Source: a virus
Reading direction: 5' to 3' (one strand)
DNA: 64,000 bases
IMG/VR virus record: IMGVR_UViG_3300046370_000598
Span: 10,958 to 74,957 of that record
Below are positions 9,776 to 19,693 of this stretch, piece after piece (the stretch's first letter is position 1; every line of letters starts with the position of its first letter). Under the pieces are notes generated by a model. That model was given only the letters and a program-made list of their open reading frames with translations. It ran no database searches and was not told the DNA's origin. The position numbers were made by a program, and so were the translations under genes.

Positions 9776-10378
9776 ATGAGTGAAAACGTTTCAGATATAG
9801 ATCTTATCAATAATATAAAAGATAATACAAGAGCTAAAGAAAGCTTGACTCTTCTCGTTGATAGGCATAGCGGTATTTATCTTGACATGGTAAACTCTTA
9901 CGCTAGTCCAAACAGCCCTTTTACGGATTATCAGGATTTAATAAAAGACAAAGAATATAGAATATACAACGCAGCGATTAAGTACAACGAAAGTAAAGGT
10001 GCAAAATTCAGCACTTACCTAGGGAATGAGACTAGGTGGATGTGTCTCAATATGTATAATAAAAATAAAAGGAAGCCTACGTTCCATAGTGACTTCTTAG
10101 AAAATATGCCAGAAGATGAGGAGATTTCTCAAAATTCAGATAGTATATCAGAGAATATCAAAAAAGATCTATTTAATAAGGTATTATCTATGATTAGTTC
10201 TCACCCAGATAAAAGAGTAGAGAAAATATTCACTATGAGGTATATTGTAGGAAATAAAAACAAAGTTATGCCGTGGAAAGATATTGGTGATGAAATTAAT
10301 TTAAGTATACAAGGATGTATTAATATACATAATACAGTAGTAAAAGATTTACAGGAGGAATTAAAACAGGAAATATGA
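9776..10378 (+). CDS. Phage sigma70-family RNA polymerase sigma factor
   Basis: Region 2 AAIKYNESKGAKFSTYL; region 4 HTH WKDIGDEINLS. Confidence 0.8.
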   Translation: MSENVSDIDLINNIKDNTRAKESLTLLVDRHSGIYLDMVNSYASPNSPFTDYQDLIKDKEYRIYNAAIKYNESKGAKFSTYLGNETRWMCLNMYNKNKRKPTFHSDFLENMPEDEEISQNSDSISENIKKDLFNKVLSMISSHPDKRVEKIFTMRYIVGNKNKVMPWKDIGDEINLSIQGCINIHNTVVKDLQEELKQEI

Positions 10379-10761
10379 ATAAATATATAGCATTAGGTAA
10401 TTTAACTAAAGACCCATCACTCAAGACAACTAAAAATGACAATGCAGTTTGCGAGTTTTCTATAGCAATAAATAACAAAGTTAACAATTCAGTATTTTAT
10501 ATCGACGTTGAGACTTGGGGAGCAGTAGCAAATAACTGTAATAGATTTTTATCTAAAGGCAGAAAAGTACTAATTGAAGGTAGACTAGCTTCTAGTTCCT
10601 GGCGAAATAAAGAAGGGGAAAATAGAACTAAAATATACTGCAATGCGGAAAGAGTAACTTTCTTAGATAAAACAGAAGCAGATCAGTCCCAAAAAACAGA
10701 TAGCGTTAGTAAAACTGCGGAAAAAATAATTGAAGACGAATTCGCGGATATACCTTTTTAA
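10375..10761 (+). CDS. ssb: Single-stranded DNA-binding protein
   Basis: GNLTKDP, KGRKVLIEGRL, C-terminal FADIPF. Confidence 0.9.
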   Translation: MNKYIALGNLTKDPSLKTTKNDNAVCEFSIAINNKVNNSVFYIDVETWGAVANNCNRFLSKGRKVLIEGRLASSSWRNKEGENRTKIYCNAERVTFLDKTEADQSQKTDSVSKTAEKIIEDEFADIPF

Positions 10762-11816
10762 TGAAAGACTTAATATTTAAAGGCCCGCTCAATTCACTTT
10801 CCTTTGGGAATGTATCTTATAACTTATTATATGCAATGTTTAAGAAAGGTATGAATGTATCCATCTTTCCATCCGGTAAAATAGATATTAGCGCATTCGA
10901 TAAAATATCAGAAGATTTTAAAAAATGGCTTGAAGTATCCTCAAACGGAAGATATAAAGATATTGATAAGGATATGACAACCTTGCAGTTATGGCACTTA
11001 AATGGGGCAGAAAATAGAATAACATCCAAACAAATACTATATACTTTTTACGAATTAAATAAACCCACAGATACAGAAAAAAGCTTAGCTTCATTACAAG
11101 ACCAAACTGTATTCAGCAGTTCTTACGCTTCTTCTCAATTTAAAAACTCTAGTTACTCTCCATTAGGTTTCGATCAAACCCTAAACAAAACAGGTAAATC
11201 GTATATGCCAAATAAAATACATTTCGGCTTAATGGGTAAATTTGAAAAAAGAAAACATACAGAAAAGATTATAAAGTGTTGGCTTAAAAAATATGGCAAC
11301 AATTATGACTACCAACTGACATGCTGTATAACGAATCCCTTCTTCGAGAAAAATCAAATGGAGACATGCATATCTAATATCTTAGAGGGAAAAAGATATG
11401 GCAATATAAACTTTCTACCTTTTCTACCACATAATAGTCAAGTTAATGATTTTTTAAATTCAATTGATATTGATCTTGGAGGAATGAGTGGTGCCGAAGG
11501 CTGGAACCTACCATCCTTTAATGCAACCTGCTTAGGAAAATGGAGCGTTGTTTTAAATGCAACAAGCCACAAAGATTGGGCAAACTCCAAGAATAGCATT
11601 CTTGTAGAGCCTAATGGGAGAGAGCCTGTATATGATAATATCTTTTTTAATGAAAACTCTCATTTCAATCAAGGTGAAATATTTACTTTTGATGATGATG
11701 AATTTATATCCGCAATGGAAAAAGCTGAAACAAAATGTAAAATAAATAATTCTGAAGGAGAAAAGTTAAAAACAAAATTTACCTACGAAAATACTTTAGA
11801 TAAAATATTAGAATAA
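10761..11816 (+). CDS. GT4-like glycosyltransferase
   Basis: GKFEKRK, SGAEGWNLP motif. Confidence 0.7.
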   Translation: MKDLIFKGPLNSLSFGNVSYNLLYAMFKKGMNVSIFPSGKIDISAFDKISEDFKKWLEVSSNGRYKDIDKDMTTLQLWHLNGAENRITSKQILYTFYELNKPTDTEKSLASLQDQTVFSSSYASSQFKNSSYSPLGFDQTLNKTGKSYMPNKIHFGLMGKFEKRKHTEKIIKCWLKKYGNNYDYQLTCCITNPFFEKNQMETCISNILEGKRYGNINFLPFLPHNSQVNDFLNSIDIDLGGMSGAEGWNLPSFNATCLGKWSVVLNATSHKDWANSKNSILVEPNGREPVYDNIFFNENSHFNQGEIFTFDDDEFISAMEKAETKCKINNSEGEKLKTKFTYENTLDKILE

Positions 11817-12160
11817 TGCCTTTATATACATACGAACATCCAGAAACAGGTGAGCAAGTAGAAGTCGTTCAAACAATGAATGAAGATCATGTTTACGTAG
11901 ACAAACAAAACATAACATGGAAAAGAATATTCGATATACCTCAAGCTTCTATAGATGCGAGCATTGACCCTTTCGACCAAAGATCTTTTACAGATAAGAC
12001 TAAAAATAAAAAAGGTACATACGGAGACCTTTTAGATAGAAGTAAAGAGCTAAGCCAGGCAAGAAAAGATAAAGCAGGGGTAGACCCAATTCAACAAAAA
12101 TATTTCAAAGATTACAAAAATAAAAGGCGTGGAGTAAAACATCCAATGGATAGAGGCTAA
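11816..12160 (+). CDS. FmdB-like regulatory protein (cysteine-less)
   Basis: MPLYTYEHPETGEQVEVVQTM resembles MPxYxYxCxxCG. Confidence 0.5.
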   Translation: MPLYTYEHPETGEQVEVVQTMNEDHVYVDKQNITWKRIFDIPQASIDASIDPFDQRSFTDKTKNKKGTYGDLLDRSKELSQARKDKAGVDPIQQKYFKDYKNKRRGVKHPMDRG

Positions 12161-12166
12161 AAATAA

Positions 12167-12176
12167 GTGTAATATA
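12167..12176 (+). promoter_or_regulatory. GTGTA-type candidate late promoter (representative of 15 copies)
   Basis: GTGTAATATA 18 nt upstream of ATG 12185; the motif recurs before 14 other genes. Confidence 0.65.
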
Positions 12177-12184
12177 TTCCTGTC

Positions 12185-13195
12185 ATGTCTAATGCAGGAA
12201 ACTTCCAAAACAATCCGCTTTATGCGGATATAACAAAACTCGACCATCTATCTCCCCAACCCACGTTTTCTTATAACTGGAACGGTAACGAAGGAAGGTG
12301 GGAACCTGCTAGTAATACATCTGGAGTTGGATCTACATCTCTAGATAATTTAGATGATTTAATATCTGGTTTTATATCTGGATTATCTGGATATAATCCT
12401 GGCGGATCTATAGTTTCTGGAAATGTAAATGTATCTGGATTAACAGAAGCTATATATGAATTAGCTAGTGGGCTATCAGGTGTAGGAGGCTTTTCTGGAG
12501 AAATAAATATATCAGGCCTTAACGAGGCTATATCAGGTCTATCTGACAAGGTGTCAAACCTATCAGGAATAAATGTAAACCAGGAACCTTCTTTTAAATT
12601 ATGCACAAAAACTGTAGATCAAAAAATTGAAGAAGATTTTATCTTAATGGAGAATATACCTGATTCAATAAGATATGGAGAATATTCTGGAGATTGTTAT
12701 GGTCAAGATAAATCATTAATGGATGATATATTTAATACGTATTATGCAAATGGAAGAAACAACCCCAGTTTACCCGAAACAGGCCATCCGAATTATTTTA
12801 TCTTTCCAGAAGATATTGATCAAAATAGATGCATAGAATCTAAGGATGCATTTCATACTGATACTCAATATGCCTTAAGATTTGATAACGAAGATGCAAG
12901 CTTAATTAATTCTTATGAATTAAAAGATTTCGGTGATTTATATGAAAGCGGATTAGCTGAAAGTGTTACAATATATAATGATTCTCCTTACCCAATTCAA
13001 TTTCACACTTTAGATAAAAATTATACTTTTGGCGAAGAAAATATTATTTATTTATACGGAGATACATCTGTAACATTAAGTAGTGATGAAATAAGAAGAG
13101 TATATGTAAAAAGACCACATACTATATCAGGATTTAATGTAAAATATAGTATAACATATAAAGAGACAGGCGTATCAACAGCTTATAATATATAA
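12185..13195 (+). CDS. Hypothetical, probable virion protein with SG-rich segment
   Basis: 336-aa ORF after a GTGTA motif; ISGLSG repeats. Confidence 0.5.
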   Translation: MSNAGNFQNNPLYADITKLDHLSPQPTFSYNWNGNEGRWEPASNTSGVGSTSLDNLDDLISGFISGLSGYNPGGSIVSGNVNVSGLTEAIYELASGLSGVGGFSGEINISGLNEAISGLSDKVSNLSGINVNQEPSFKLCTKTVDQKIEEDFILMENIPDSIRYGEYSGDCYGQDKSLMDDIFNTYYANGRNNPSLPETGHPNYFIFPEDIDQNRCIESKDAFHTDTQYALRFDNEDASLINSYELKDFGDLYESGLAESVTIYNDSPYPIQFHTLDKNYTFGEENIIYLYGDTSVTLSSDEIRRVYVKRPHTISGFNVKYSITYKETGVSTAYNI

Positions 13196-13581
13196 TGAAA
13201 TTTGGAAAAATCAGAGAACCAATTAAAAAAGTTGGCCCAAATCAATTTGTATTAGGTGATAATCCCTTGCAACCTAATTTATATATCGATTCAAATAAAA
13301 TCGCTATTCCTGAAAATTTAGAAATTCAAGGAATAGATTTTAGGGATTACATAACAGGCGCAGCGCTATTAAGTGGAATTTTCAACAACCAAACAGTTGG
13401 AAGATATGCTATCGATGAGGCATTTGAACTCAATTCTAACGGGGACTTAATGCCTACCAATGCAGATAATGTATCAGATACGATGTGGATACTTAAAAAC
13501 GAAAACGACCTGCAATTAAGAGGTAATCACTGGAGATATAATACTGGACCAGATGCCTTTACTGAAGATATATCCTTTTAG
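13195..13581 (+). CDS. Hypothetical protein
   Basis: 128-aa ORF overlapping the previous stop (TAATG). Confidence 0.55.
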   Translation: MKFGKIREPIKKVGPNQFVLGDNPLQPNLYIDSNKIAIPENLEIQGIDFRDYITGAALLSGIFNNQTVGRYAIDEAFELNSNGDLMPTNADNVSDTMWILKNENDLQLRGNHWRYNTGPDAFTEDISF

Positions 13582-13604
13582 TAGTTTTTTGTGTAATAGA
13601 TACA

Positions 13605-16094
13605 ATGGCTACAAGGAATTTAGTACCAAGGAATAGTGGAGAAGGCAGCGTAGGCAAACTAGATCAAGCCTGGGGGTCTGGAGTATTTGATAATCTATTC
13701 GTTAGTGGCTTAGATATATTTGAATCTTTAGATAATGCGATAGATCAAGTAAATCCATTTTTATTTTTTCCTGAAGTTCAAAACAATACAGGGCCAATTA
13801 CAAAACAATATTATAATACTCCTGTTTCTGATATATATTTATCCGGCGTAACTGTATCCACTGCGGAAGATTTTAGAGTTACTATGAGATGGGATGGTCC
13901 TGGCGATGAATATATGGGTGAAGCTAAAATTAATGGGCAAGTTATTCCTTTTGAAAATATTCATGAGCTTGGAGAAAAAACAAGAAGGTTTGAGGGATAT
14001 ATAGATAATTTAAATTTTGAAGGGCAAAATAACATAACAGGAGAAGCTAACGGCAGAATAGCTTTACTCCCACTGATTGAAGTTGGACCTGGCCCAGATC
14101 CAGTCAATATCTCTATAGATCCCATAGAAAATGCAACCCCAAAAGCTGGAGAGCAACTTGGTCAAACACATTTAAAAGAAGGGGACTCTATAAATATATA
14201 TATTGATTTTGACAGAAATGACATTAATAGAATAAAAATCTTTGATTATGGATTATCCAAAGAAATTGATTACGCGAACTATCAACTTGAAAACGTAAAT
14301 GGTATATATAGAGCTTCAATTCCTATAGAAGTTTCAAATAGACAGGGAAACCTACCTGTTGCTGTTCAAGCTGTAGATCATTTTGGCGGTACAGGGCAAT
14401 TAATAGAATCATCTAATTTTAATCATAATAATAACACTAGAAATACAGATCAAACCTACCCAATCATAAATGTAGACGAACCAACTCTTTATAACGGTAG
14501 AACGGATGGTTTAAGAGAAGGTGAGAGCGTAACTTTTACTAATGATATATTTAACTGGGTTAGTGGTATTGATTTAATATCTTATCAAATATTAAGTCCA
14601 AAAATATCCATGAACAACACTACTGATTATGAAAGAATAAAAACAGTAAGTTATGTAACAGGTGTTTTTAGTGATGAAGATAATATCGAAATTCAAGTTC
14701 AAAGGTTAAGTAATGGCGCAACAAAAAAAGAAGGAGTAAATATAAAAGTTGCAAATGCTCCGCTTATACTACAAGCAGAGCTAGATACATTCGCTTCTTC
14801 TGCAGCTTCGCCAAATATAATAGGAACATCTCAAGTTAAAGCTGGAGATGTAGTTAACGCAACTATTGTTGTTGATGGAAAAGGTTCCGATATTAATGAA
14901 ATATCAATATCAGTATTAGATACTGGCTTAAGCGATGGATCACAAACAGATTTTAATTTTAATTATAGCAAAACAATACTTTCAGATGGCAGTTTTCAAT
15001 TTATAGTGCCAATTACAGTATACGGAACTTTCGGCCAGTCAGATAGGGACGGCCAACAATCGGCATCTTTAATTATACAAAATTCTTCTGGAACATTGGG
15101 TGAATCTTTAACTACGTCAAATACGATCGAAGTGCATAATGGAACAGTACCTATTATAAATGTCTCTTCGATAAATTATCCAATAAATCAACAAGCGATT
15201 AAACAAAATGAATCGGTAACTGTATCCCATACGATTACTCAAAACGACCTCGTCGAATACTCATCAATAAATGGAGAGTTATCTATAAGTGACCCAACAG
15301 TATACAACACTTCTAAGTCTATAAATTATTCTTCAGGATCTTACAATATAGACATAGATGGTGGTCAAAATAATTTAAAAATATCCGCAACTAGATTGCA
15401 AAACGGTGCAGTCGTAGAACAAGATTTAATAGTTAATATAGCTAATCAAGCATTATCAGCGAATATAAATGGCTTAATACAAAGCCTGCAAACTCTCTCT
15501 GGTCAAGATAATAGTGATAATTTTTATTTATCAACTAACCAACTAATGCTTGAAGCTCCAAGTTTAAATGTAGACCCAAATCAATTAAACCCATCTGAGG
15601 TAACTTCTACTGCATCTGGAACAGGTAAATTGAGTAATGCTTACACATTAACAGTCAAAGAGCAAGATAGTAAAGGCACATTCACTTTTTCATTTTTAGC
15701 TAAAAATTTAGCTGGAGTAGAAACAACAGTTATATCTTCAAGCCCAAATTATTCACTAGAAGGTTTTGCCGAAAGAACAGTTTTCGCACTCCCTACTGAC
15801 CTTGCAGCAGGTTTAATTTTTATTGGTACTCAAGTTTCCAATCCGAATAATCTATCAGTAGAGAATGTTTCTGAAGGTGGAGGTGGTGCTAATGGCGGAA
15901 CATACTATACCTACAAAGCGTTGACCGTGGGTACTCAATTAGATAATTTAATTAACCACAACAATCAATTTACGGTTTGCGACGAAAATGGATTAGTTGA
16001 TCCTTCTGGATCTTATTTATTTAATTTGGATAGAAATAATAGATCCGCGAACACATCCACGGAAAATCCTAGTCCATTTATAATTTCAGAATAA
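13605..16094 (+). CDS. Large beta-rich putative virion structural protein
   Basis: 829 aa, Asn/Ser/Thr/Gly-rich, with an internally repeated PIINV...RLxNGA block; GTGTAATAGA upstream. Confidence 0.55.
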   Translation: MATRNLVPRNSGEGSVGKLDQAWGSGVFDNLFVSGLDIFESLDNAIDQVNPFLFFPEVQNNTGPITKQYYNTPVSDIYLSGVTVSTAEDFRVTMRWDGPGDEYMGEAKINGQVIPFENIHELGEKTRRFEGYIDNLNFEGQNNITGEANGRIALLPLIEVGPGPDPVNISIDPIENATPKAGEQLGQTHLKEGDSINIYIDFDRNDINRIKIFDYGLSKEIDYANYQLENVNGIYRASIPIEVSNRQGNLPVAVQAVDHFGGTGQLIESSNFNHNNNTRNTDQTYPIINVDEPTLYNGRTDGLREGESVTFTNDIFNWVSGIDLISYQILSPKISMNNTTDYERIKTVSYVTGVFSDEDNIEIQVQRLSNGATKKEGVNIKVANAPLILQAELDTFASSAASPNIIGTSQVKAGDVVNATIVVDGKGSDINEISISVLDTGLSDGSQTDFNFNYSKTILSDGSFQFIVPITVYGTFGQSDRDGQQSASLIIQNSSGTLGESLTTSNTIEVHNGTVPIINVSSINYPINQQAIKQNESVTVSHTITQNDLVEYSSINGELSISDPTVYNTSKSINYSSGSYNIDIDGGQNNLKISATRLQNGAVVEQDLIVNIANQALSANINGLIQSLQTLSGQDNSDNFYLSTNQLMLEAPSLNVDPNQLNPSEVTSTASGTGKLSNAYTLTVKEQDSKGTFTFSFLAKNLAGVETTVISSSPNYSLEGFAERTVFALPTDLAAGLIFIGTQVSNPNNLSVENVSEGGGGANGGTYYTYKALTVGTQLDNLINHNNQFTVCDENGLVDPSGSYLFNLDRNNRSANTSTENPSPFIISE

Positions 16095-16283
16095 CTAAAG
16101 GGCGTCATAATCAGCCTTACTACAAAACTTAGTTAATTTAGTTCCATCATCGTCAACACTCTTAAATGCATACCTAACAACTTTAATTCCTTTTTTTGAA
16201 ACTTTTGGATATTCATGTTTTGTAACCTCAGACTTTTTTATCTTAACTTTTTCTTTTTTCTTTACATTGTAGAATTCTATCAT
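16095..16283 (-). CDS. Small basic CC1/DUF5679-like putative DNA-binding protein
   Basis: 62 aa, Lys-rich, EFYNVKKKEK...RYAFKS...GTKLTKF. Confidence 0.45.
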   Translation of the reverse strand: MIEFYNVKKKEKVKIKKSEVTKHEYPKVSKKGIKVVRYAFKSVDDDGTKLTKFCSKADYDAL

Positions 16284-16300
16284 AATACTATTATAAATAA

Positions 16301-16927
16301 TTATTCATATTTTTCTTGATTTTTTGTAATTTGTTCAAAAATACTATTTTGATTTTCTTCGTTACAATAATACCATTTATACATTAGATCATCTTCGATT
16401 TTTTTAATTTTATTTTCTAAATCTGAAATTGCTTGTTCTAGTTCTTGCATATAAGTGAAAGATAAATTTTCTAAAGTTACATCTAATTCTATCGCTGCCT
16501 TGAATATACCCCAAAAATCTCCCTCTTTTTTACCCTTAACAGCTTCGTAGTATAATTCTTTTCTTTCTTCTATTTCATTCTCTGAAAGATCTTTTGTTTT
16601 ATCTGGGTGAGTAGATTTAACTATTTCTCTATATAAGTTTTTGATTTCGTCGCTATCAACATTATCTTGCTTTTTATTTTCTTTTTTGTTTTCATTTTTA
16701 TCTTCTAATGGCGGGTGAATTTTTCTTTCAGAACAGTATCTAAACATATTACTTATAAATTGACTCTGCGCTATAGAAAAAACTTCTCTAACATCTTCAT
16801 ACTCAGCATCAATATATAAAGCTTTATGTTTTAATTTTTTAAACTTTTTTTGAAGAATTTTTTGATTTGAATTGGTATTTAAATGTTTAGACAATTGATT
16901 TTCATTGCAATTTTCTTTGTTTTTCAT
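16301..16927 (-). CDS. J-domain (DnaJ-like) protein
   Basis: EIKNLYREIVKSTHPDK with HPD motif; start at ATG 16927 downstream of GTGTAAATAT. Confidence 0.75.
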   Translation of the reverse strand: MKNKENCNENQLSKHLNTNSNQKILQKKFKKLKHKALYIDAEYEDVREVFSIAQSQFISNMFRYCSERKIHPPLEDKNENKKENKKQDNVDSDEIKNLYREIVKSTHPDKTKDLSENEIEERKELYYEAVKGKKEGDFWGIFKAAIELDVTLENLSFTYMQELEQAISDLENKIKKIEDDLMYKWYYCNEENQNSIFEQITKNQEKYE

Positions 16928-16943
16928 ATATATATATTTACAC

Positions 16944-16969
16944 AAAAAAGGCGACCCAATTGGGCCGCC
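16944..16969 (-). terminator. Rho-independent terminator
   Basis: GGCGGCCC-AATT-GGGTCGCC-TTTTTT on the - strand after the 805-aa gene. Confidence 0.8.
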
Positions 16970-16995
16970 AGAAGATAAATTATATCTTTACTCGA

Positions 16996-19413
16996 TTAGT
17001 TTGAAGCCATAACTATCAATTTGTAATCAGTAGCGTTATTTGCTCCTCCATTGCTAGGAATATCATCAGAGAATACGAATGTCGCTTCTGTATTACTTGC
17101 CGAAGTAAGTTGTACAGCTATAATAGCGTCATTAGCACCAGCCTTTAAGATTCCAACGACCGCAGGAGTCACACCTTGCTCGAATGGGTTCGTAAAGGTA
17201 ACTGTTTTACTTTCGTCGGTAGTCAATAAATCAACTTCTTCGATTCTGGTGATCTGTTGCTTAGAATTAAGTTGTTCAACTTGACCGTGAAGACTAGAAA
17301 CGTCGCTATCAAGATCATCAACATCACCTACACGCTGAGCTTGAAGGCTAGAAACGTCGCTGTCAAGATCATCAACATCGCTTACGCGTTGAGCTTGAAG
17401 ACTAGAAACGTCGCTGTCAAGATCATCAACATCGCTTACGCGTTGAGCTTGAAGACTAGAAACGTCGCTGTCAAGATCATCAACATCGCTTACGCGTTGA
17501 GCTTGAAGGCTAGAAACGTCGCTGTCAAGATCGTCAACATCGCTTACGCGTTGAGCTTGAAGGCTAGAAACGTCGCTATTTAATCCATCGTTTTCAGTAG
17601 TTGCGTCTGCAGCTAAACTTGAGATGTCGCTATCGATATCTAAGTCCTTCTCTCCTCTTGCAACAGCAAGACTAGAAACGTCGCTATCAAGATCATCAAT
17701 ATCGCTTACGCGTTGAGCTTGAAGACTAGAAACGTCGCTATCAAGATCGTCAATATCGCTTACGCGTTGAGCTTGAAGGCTAGAAACATCGCTGTCAAGA
17801 TCATCAACATCGCTTACGCGTTGAGCTTGAAGGCTAGAAACGTCGCTATTTAATCCTTCGTTTCCAGTAGTTGTGTTTGCAGCTAAACTTGAGATGTCGC
17901 TATCGATATCTAAGTCCTTCTCTCCTCTTGCAGCAGCAAGGCTAGAAACGTCGCTGTCAAGATCATCAACATCGCTTACGCGCTGAGCTTGAAGGCTAGA
18001 AACATCACTGTCAAGATCATCAACATCGCTTACGCGCTGAGCTTGAAGGCTAGAAACATCACTGTCAAGATCATCAATATCGCTTACGCGTTGAGCTTGA
18101 AGACTAGAAACATCGCTATTTAATCCTTTATTTCCACTACCTGTTTCTGCAGCTAAACTTGAGATGTCGCTATCGAAATCAATATCTCTCAAATGAAGAC
18201 TTGAAATTTCACTATCTGTGTCAGCTTCATCTATGTTTCTTTGTGATTGAAGACTAGAAATCTCATTAGACAATCCAGTATTTCCACTTCCGATGTCAGC
18301 AACTAAACTTGAGATGTCGCTAATTATAATACCAGTATCACTACTTGTATTTGCAGCAAGACTAGAAACGTCGCTGTCAAGATCGTTAACATCGCTTACG
18401 CGTTGAGCTTGAAGGCTAGAAACGTCGCTGTCAAGATCATCAACATCGCTTACGCGTTGAGCTTGAAGACTAGAAACGTCGCTGTCAAGATCGTCAACAT
18501 CGCTTACGCGTTGAGCTTGAAGACTAGAAACGTCGCTGTCAAGATCATCAACATCGCTTACGCGTTGAGCTTGAAGGCTAGAAACGTCGCTGTCAAGATC
18601 ATCAACATCGCTTACGCGTTGAGCTTGAAGGCTAGAAACGTCGCTATTTAGTCCATCGTTTCCAGTAGTTGTGTTTGCAGCCAAACTTGAGATGTCGCTA
18701 TCGATATCTAAATCCTTCTCTCCTCTTGCAGCAGCAAGACTAGAAACGTCGCTGTCAAGATCGTTAACATCGCTTACGCGTTGAGCTTGAAGGCTAGAAA
18801 CGTCGCTGTCAAGATCGTCAACATCGCTTACGCGTTGAGCTTGAAGGCTAGAAACGTCGCTGTCAAGATCGTCAACATCGCTTACGCGTTGAGCTTGAAG
18901 ACTAGAAACGTCGCTGTCAAGATCATCAACATCGCTTACGCGTTGAGCTTGAAGGCTAGAAACGTCGCTGTCAAGATCATCAACATCGCTTACGCGTTGA
19001 GCTTGAAGGCTAGAAACGTCGCTATTTAATCCATCGTTTTCAGTAGTTGCGTCTGCAGCTAAACTTGAGATGTCGCTATCGATATCTAAGTCCTTCTCTC
19101 CTCTTGCAACAGCAAGACTAGAAACGTCGCTGTCAAGATCATCAATATCGCTTACGCGTTGAGCTTGAAGACTAGAAACGTCGCTGTCAAGATCATCAAC
19201 ATCGCTTACGCGCTGAGCTTGAAGGCTAGAAACGTCACTATCAAGAGCTTTTTCTTCAGCAGCTAAACTTGAGATGTCGCTATGATAATCATCGGTTGAG
19301 GCAACTACTTGATCGTTTTTATTCTTAAAAACTAAGTTGCCGTTTTCTGTGGCAGTTAAGCGGATATTGTCCCCATTAACTGATAATTCCTCGGTGCGGA
19401 ATATTTTTGCCAT
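16996..19413 (-). CDS. Fibre/stalk protein: N-terminal anchor, about 37 x 18-aa coiled-coil repeats, C-terminal lectin-like beta domain
   Basis: SDVSSLQAQRVSDVDDLD repeats. N-terminus shared with the 58004 and 59490 proteins. Confidence 0.7.
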   Translation of the reverse strand: MAKIFRTEELSVNGDNIRLTATENGNLVFKNKNDQVVASTDDYHSDISSLAAEEKALDSDVSSLQAQRVSDVDDLDSDVSSLQAQRVSDIDDLDSDVSSLAVARGEKDLDIDSDISSLAADATTENDGLNSDVSSLQAQRVSDVDDLDSDVSSLQAQRVSDVDDLDSDVSSLQAQRVSDVDDLDSDVSSLQAQRVSDVDDLDSDVSSLQAQRVSDVNDLDSDVSSLAAARGEKDLDIDSDISSLAANTTTGNDGLNSDVSSLQAQRVSDVDDLDSDVSSLQAQRVSDVDDLDSDVSSLQAQRVSDVDDLDSDVSSLQAQRVSDVDDLDSDVSSLQAQRVSDVNDLDSDVSSLAANTSSDTGIIISDISSLVADIGSGNTGLSNEISSLQSQRNIDEADTDSEISSLHLRDIDFDSDISSLAAETGSGNKGLNSDVSSLQAQRVSDIDDLDSDVSSLQAQRVSDVDDLDSDVSSLQAQRVSDVDDLDSDVSSLAAARGEKDLDIDSDISSLAANTTTGNEGLNSDVSSLQAQRVSDVDDLDSDVSSLQAQRVSDIDDLDSDVSSLQAQRVSDIDDLDSDVSSLAVARGEKDLDIDSDISSLAADATTENDGLNSDVSSLQAQRVSDVDDLDSDVSSLQAQRVSDVDDLDSDVSSLQAQRVSDVDDLDSDVSSLQAQRVSDVDDLDSDVSSLQAQRVGDVDDLDSDVSSLHGQVEQLNSKQQITRIEEVDLLTTDESKTVTFTNPFEQGVTPAVVGILKAGANDAIIAVQLTSASNTEATFVFSDDIPSNGGANNATDYKLIVMASN
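17290..19285. repeat. 54-bp coding tandem repeat with higher-order blocks
   Basis: ctagaaacgtcgctgtcaagatcatcaacatcgcttacgcgttgagcttgaag[ag] units interspersed with recurring variant pairs. Confidence 0.95.
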
Positions 19414-19475
19414 TACTTATATATACATTAAATTTCCCACGTTTGGGAATAAAAAAACGGCTAAAAGTATGATTA

Positions 19476-19691
19476 TTACTGGGTTTTTTGATTATTTTTA
19501 TTCATCATTTGTTGATGAATTTCTAATTGTTTTTTATCAATTTGTTTATTTTTTTGATGTTCTTGAATCTCTTCTTCAGTTGGGATATGTTCTGGAATTT
19601 TGAAATTATTTCTATTTAATTGCTGATGTCCCTCTGGAACCTTATTACCAACAATTAGATCTGGTTTTATTTTTAAATATTCTTCTTTCAT
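19476..19691 (-). CDS. Hypothetical protein
   Basis: 71-aa ORF at the end of the fibre operon. Confidence 0.45.
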   Translation of the reverse strand: MKEEYLKIKPDLIVGNKVPEGHQQLNRNNFKIPEHIPTEEEIQEHQKNKQIDKKQLEIHQQMMNKNNQKTQ

Positions 19692-19693
19692 GA

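Noticed and set aside
17051-19029. Plus-strand repetitive ORFs (SLKARNVAVKIINIAYAL)n
   Set aside because: Antisense shadows of the 54-bp repeat in the 805-aa gene
19434-19449. TTCCCA-CGTT-TGGGAA inverted repeat upstream of the stalk gene promoter
   Set aside because: Single 6-bp palindrome, not clearly conserved at the paralogous promoters; insufficient support
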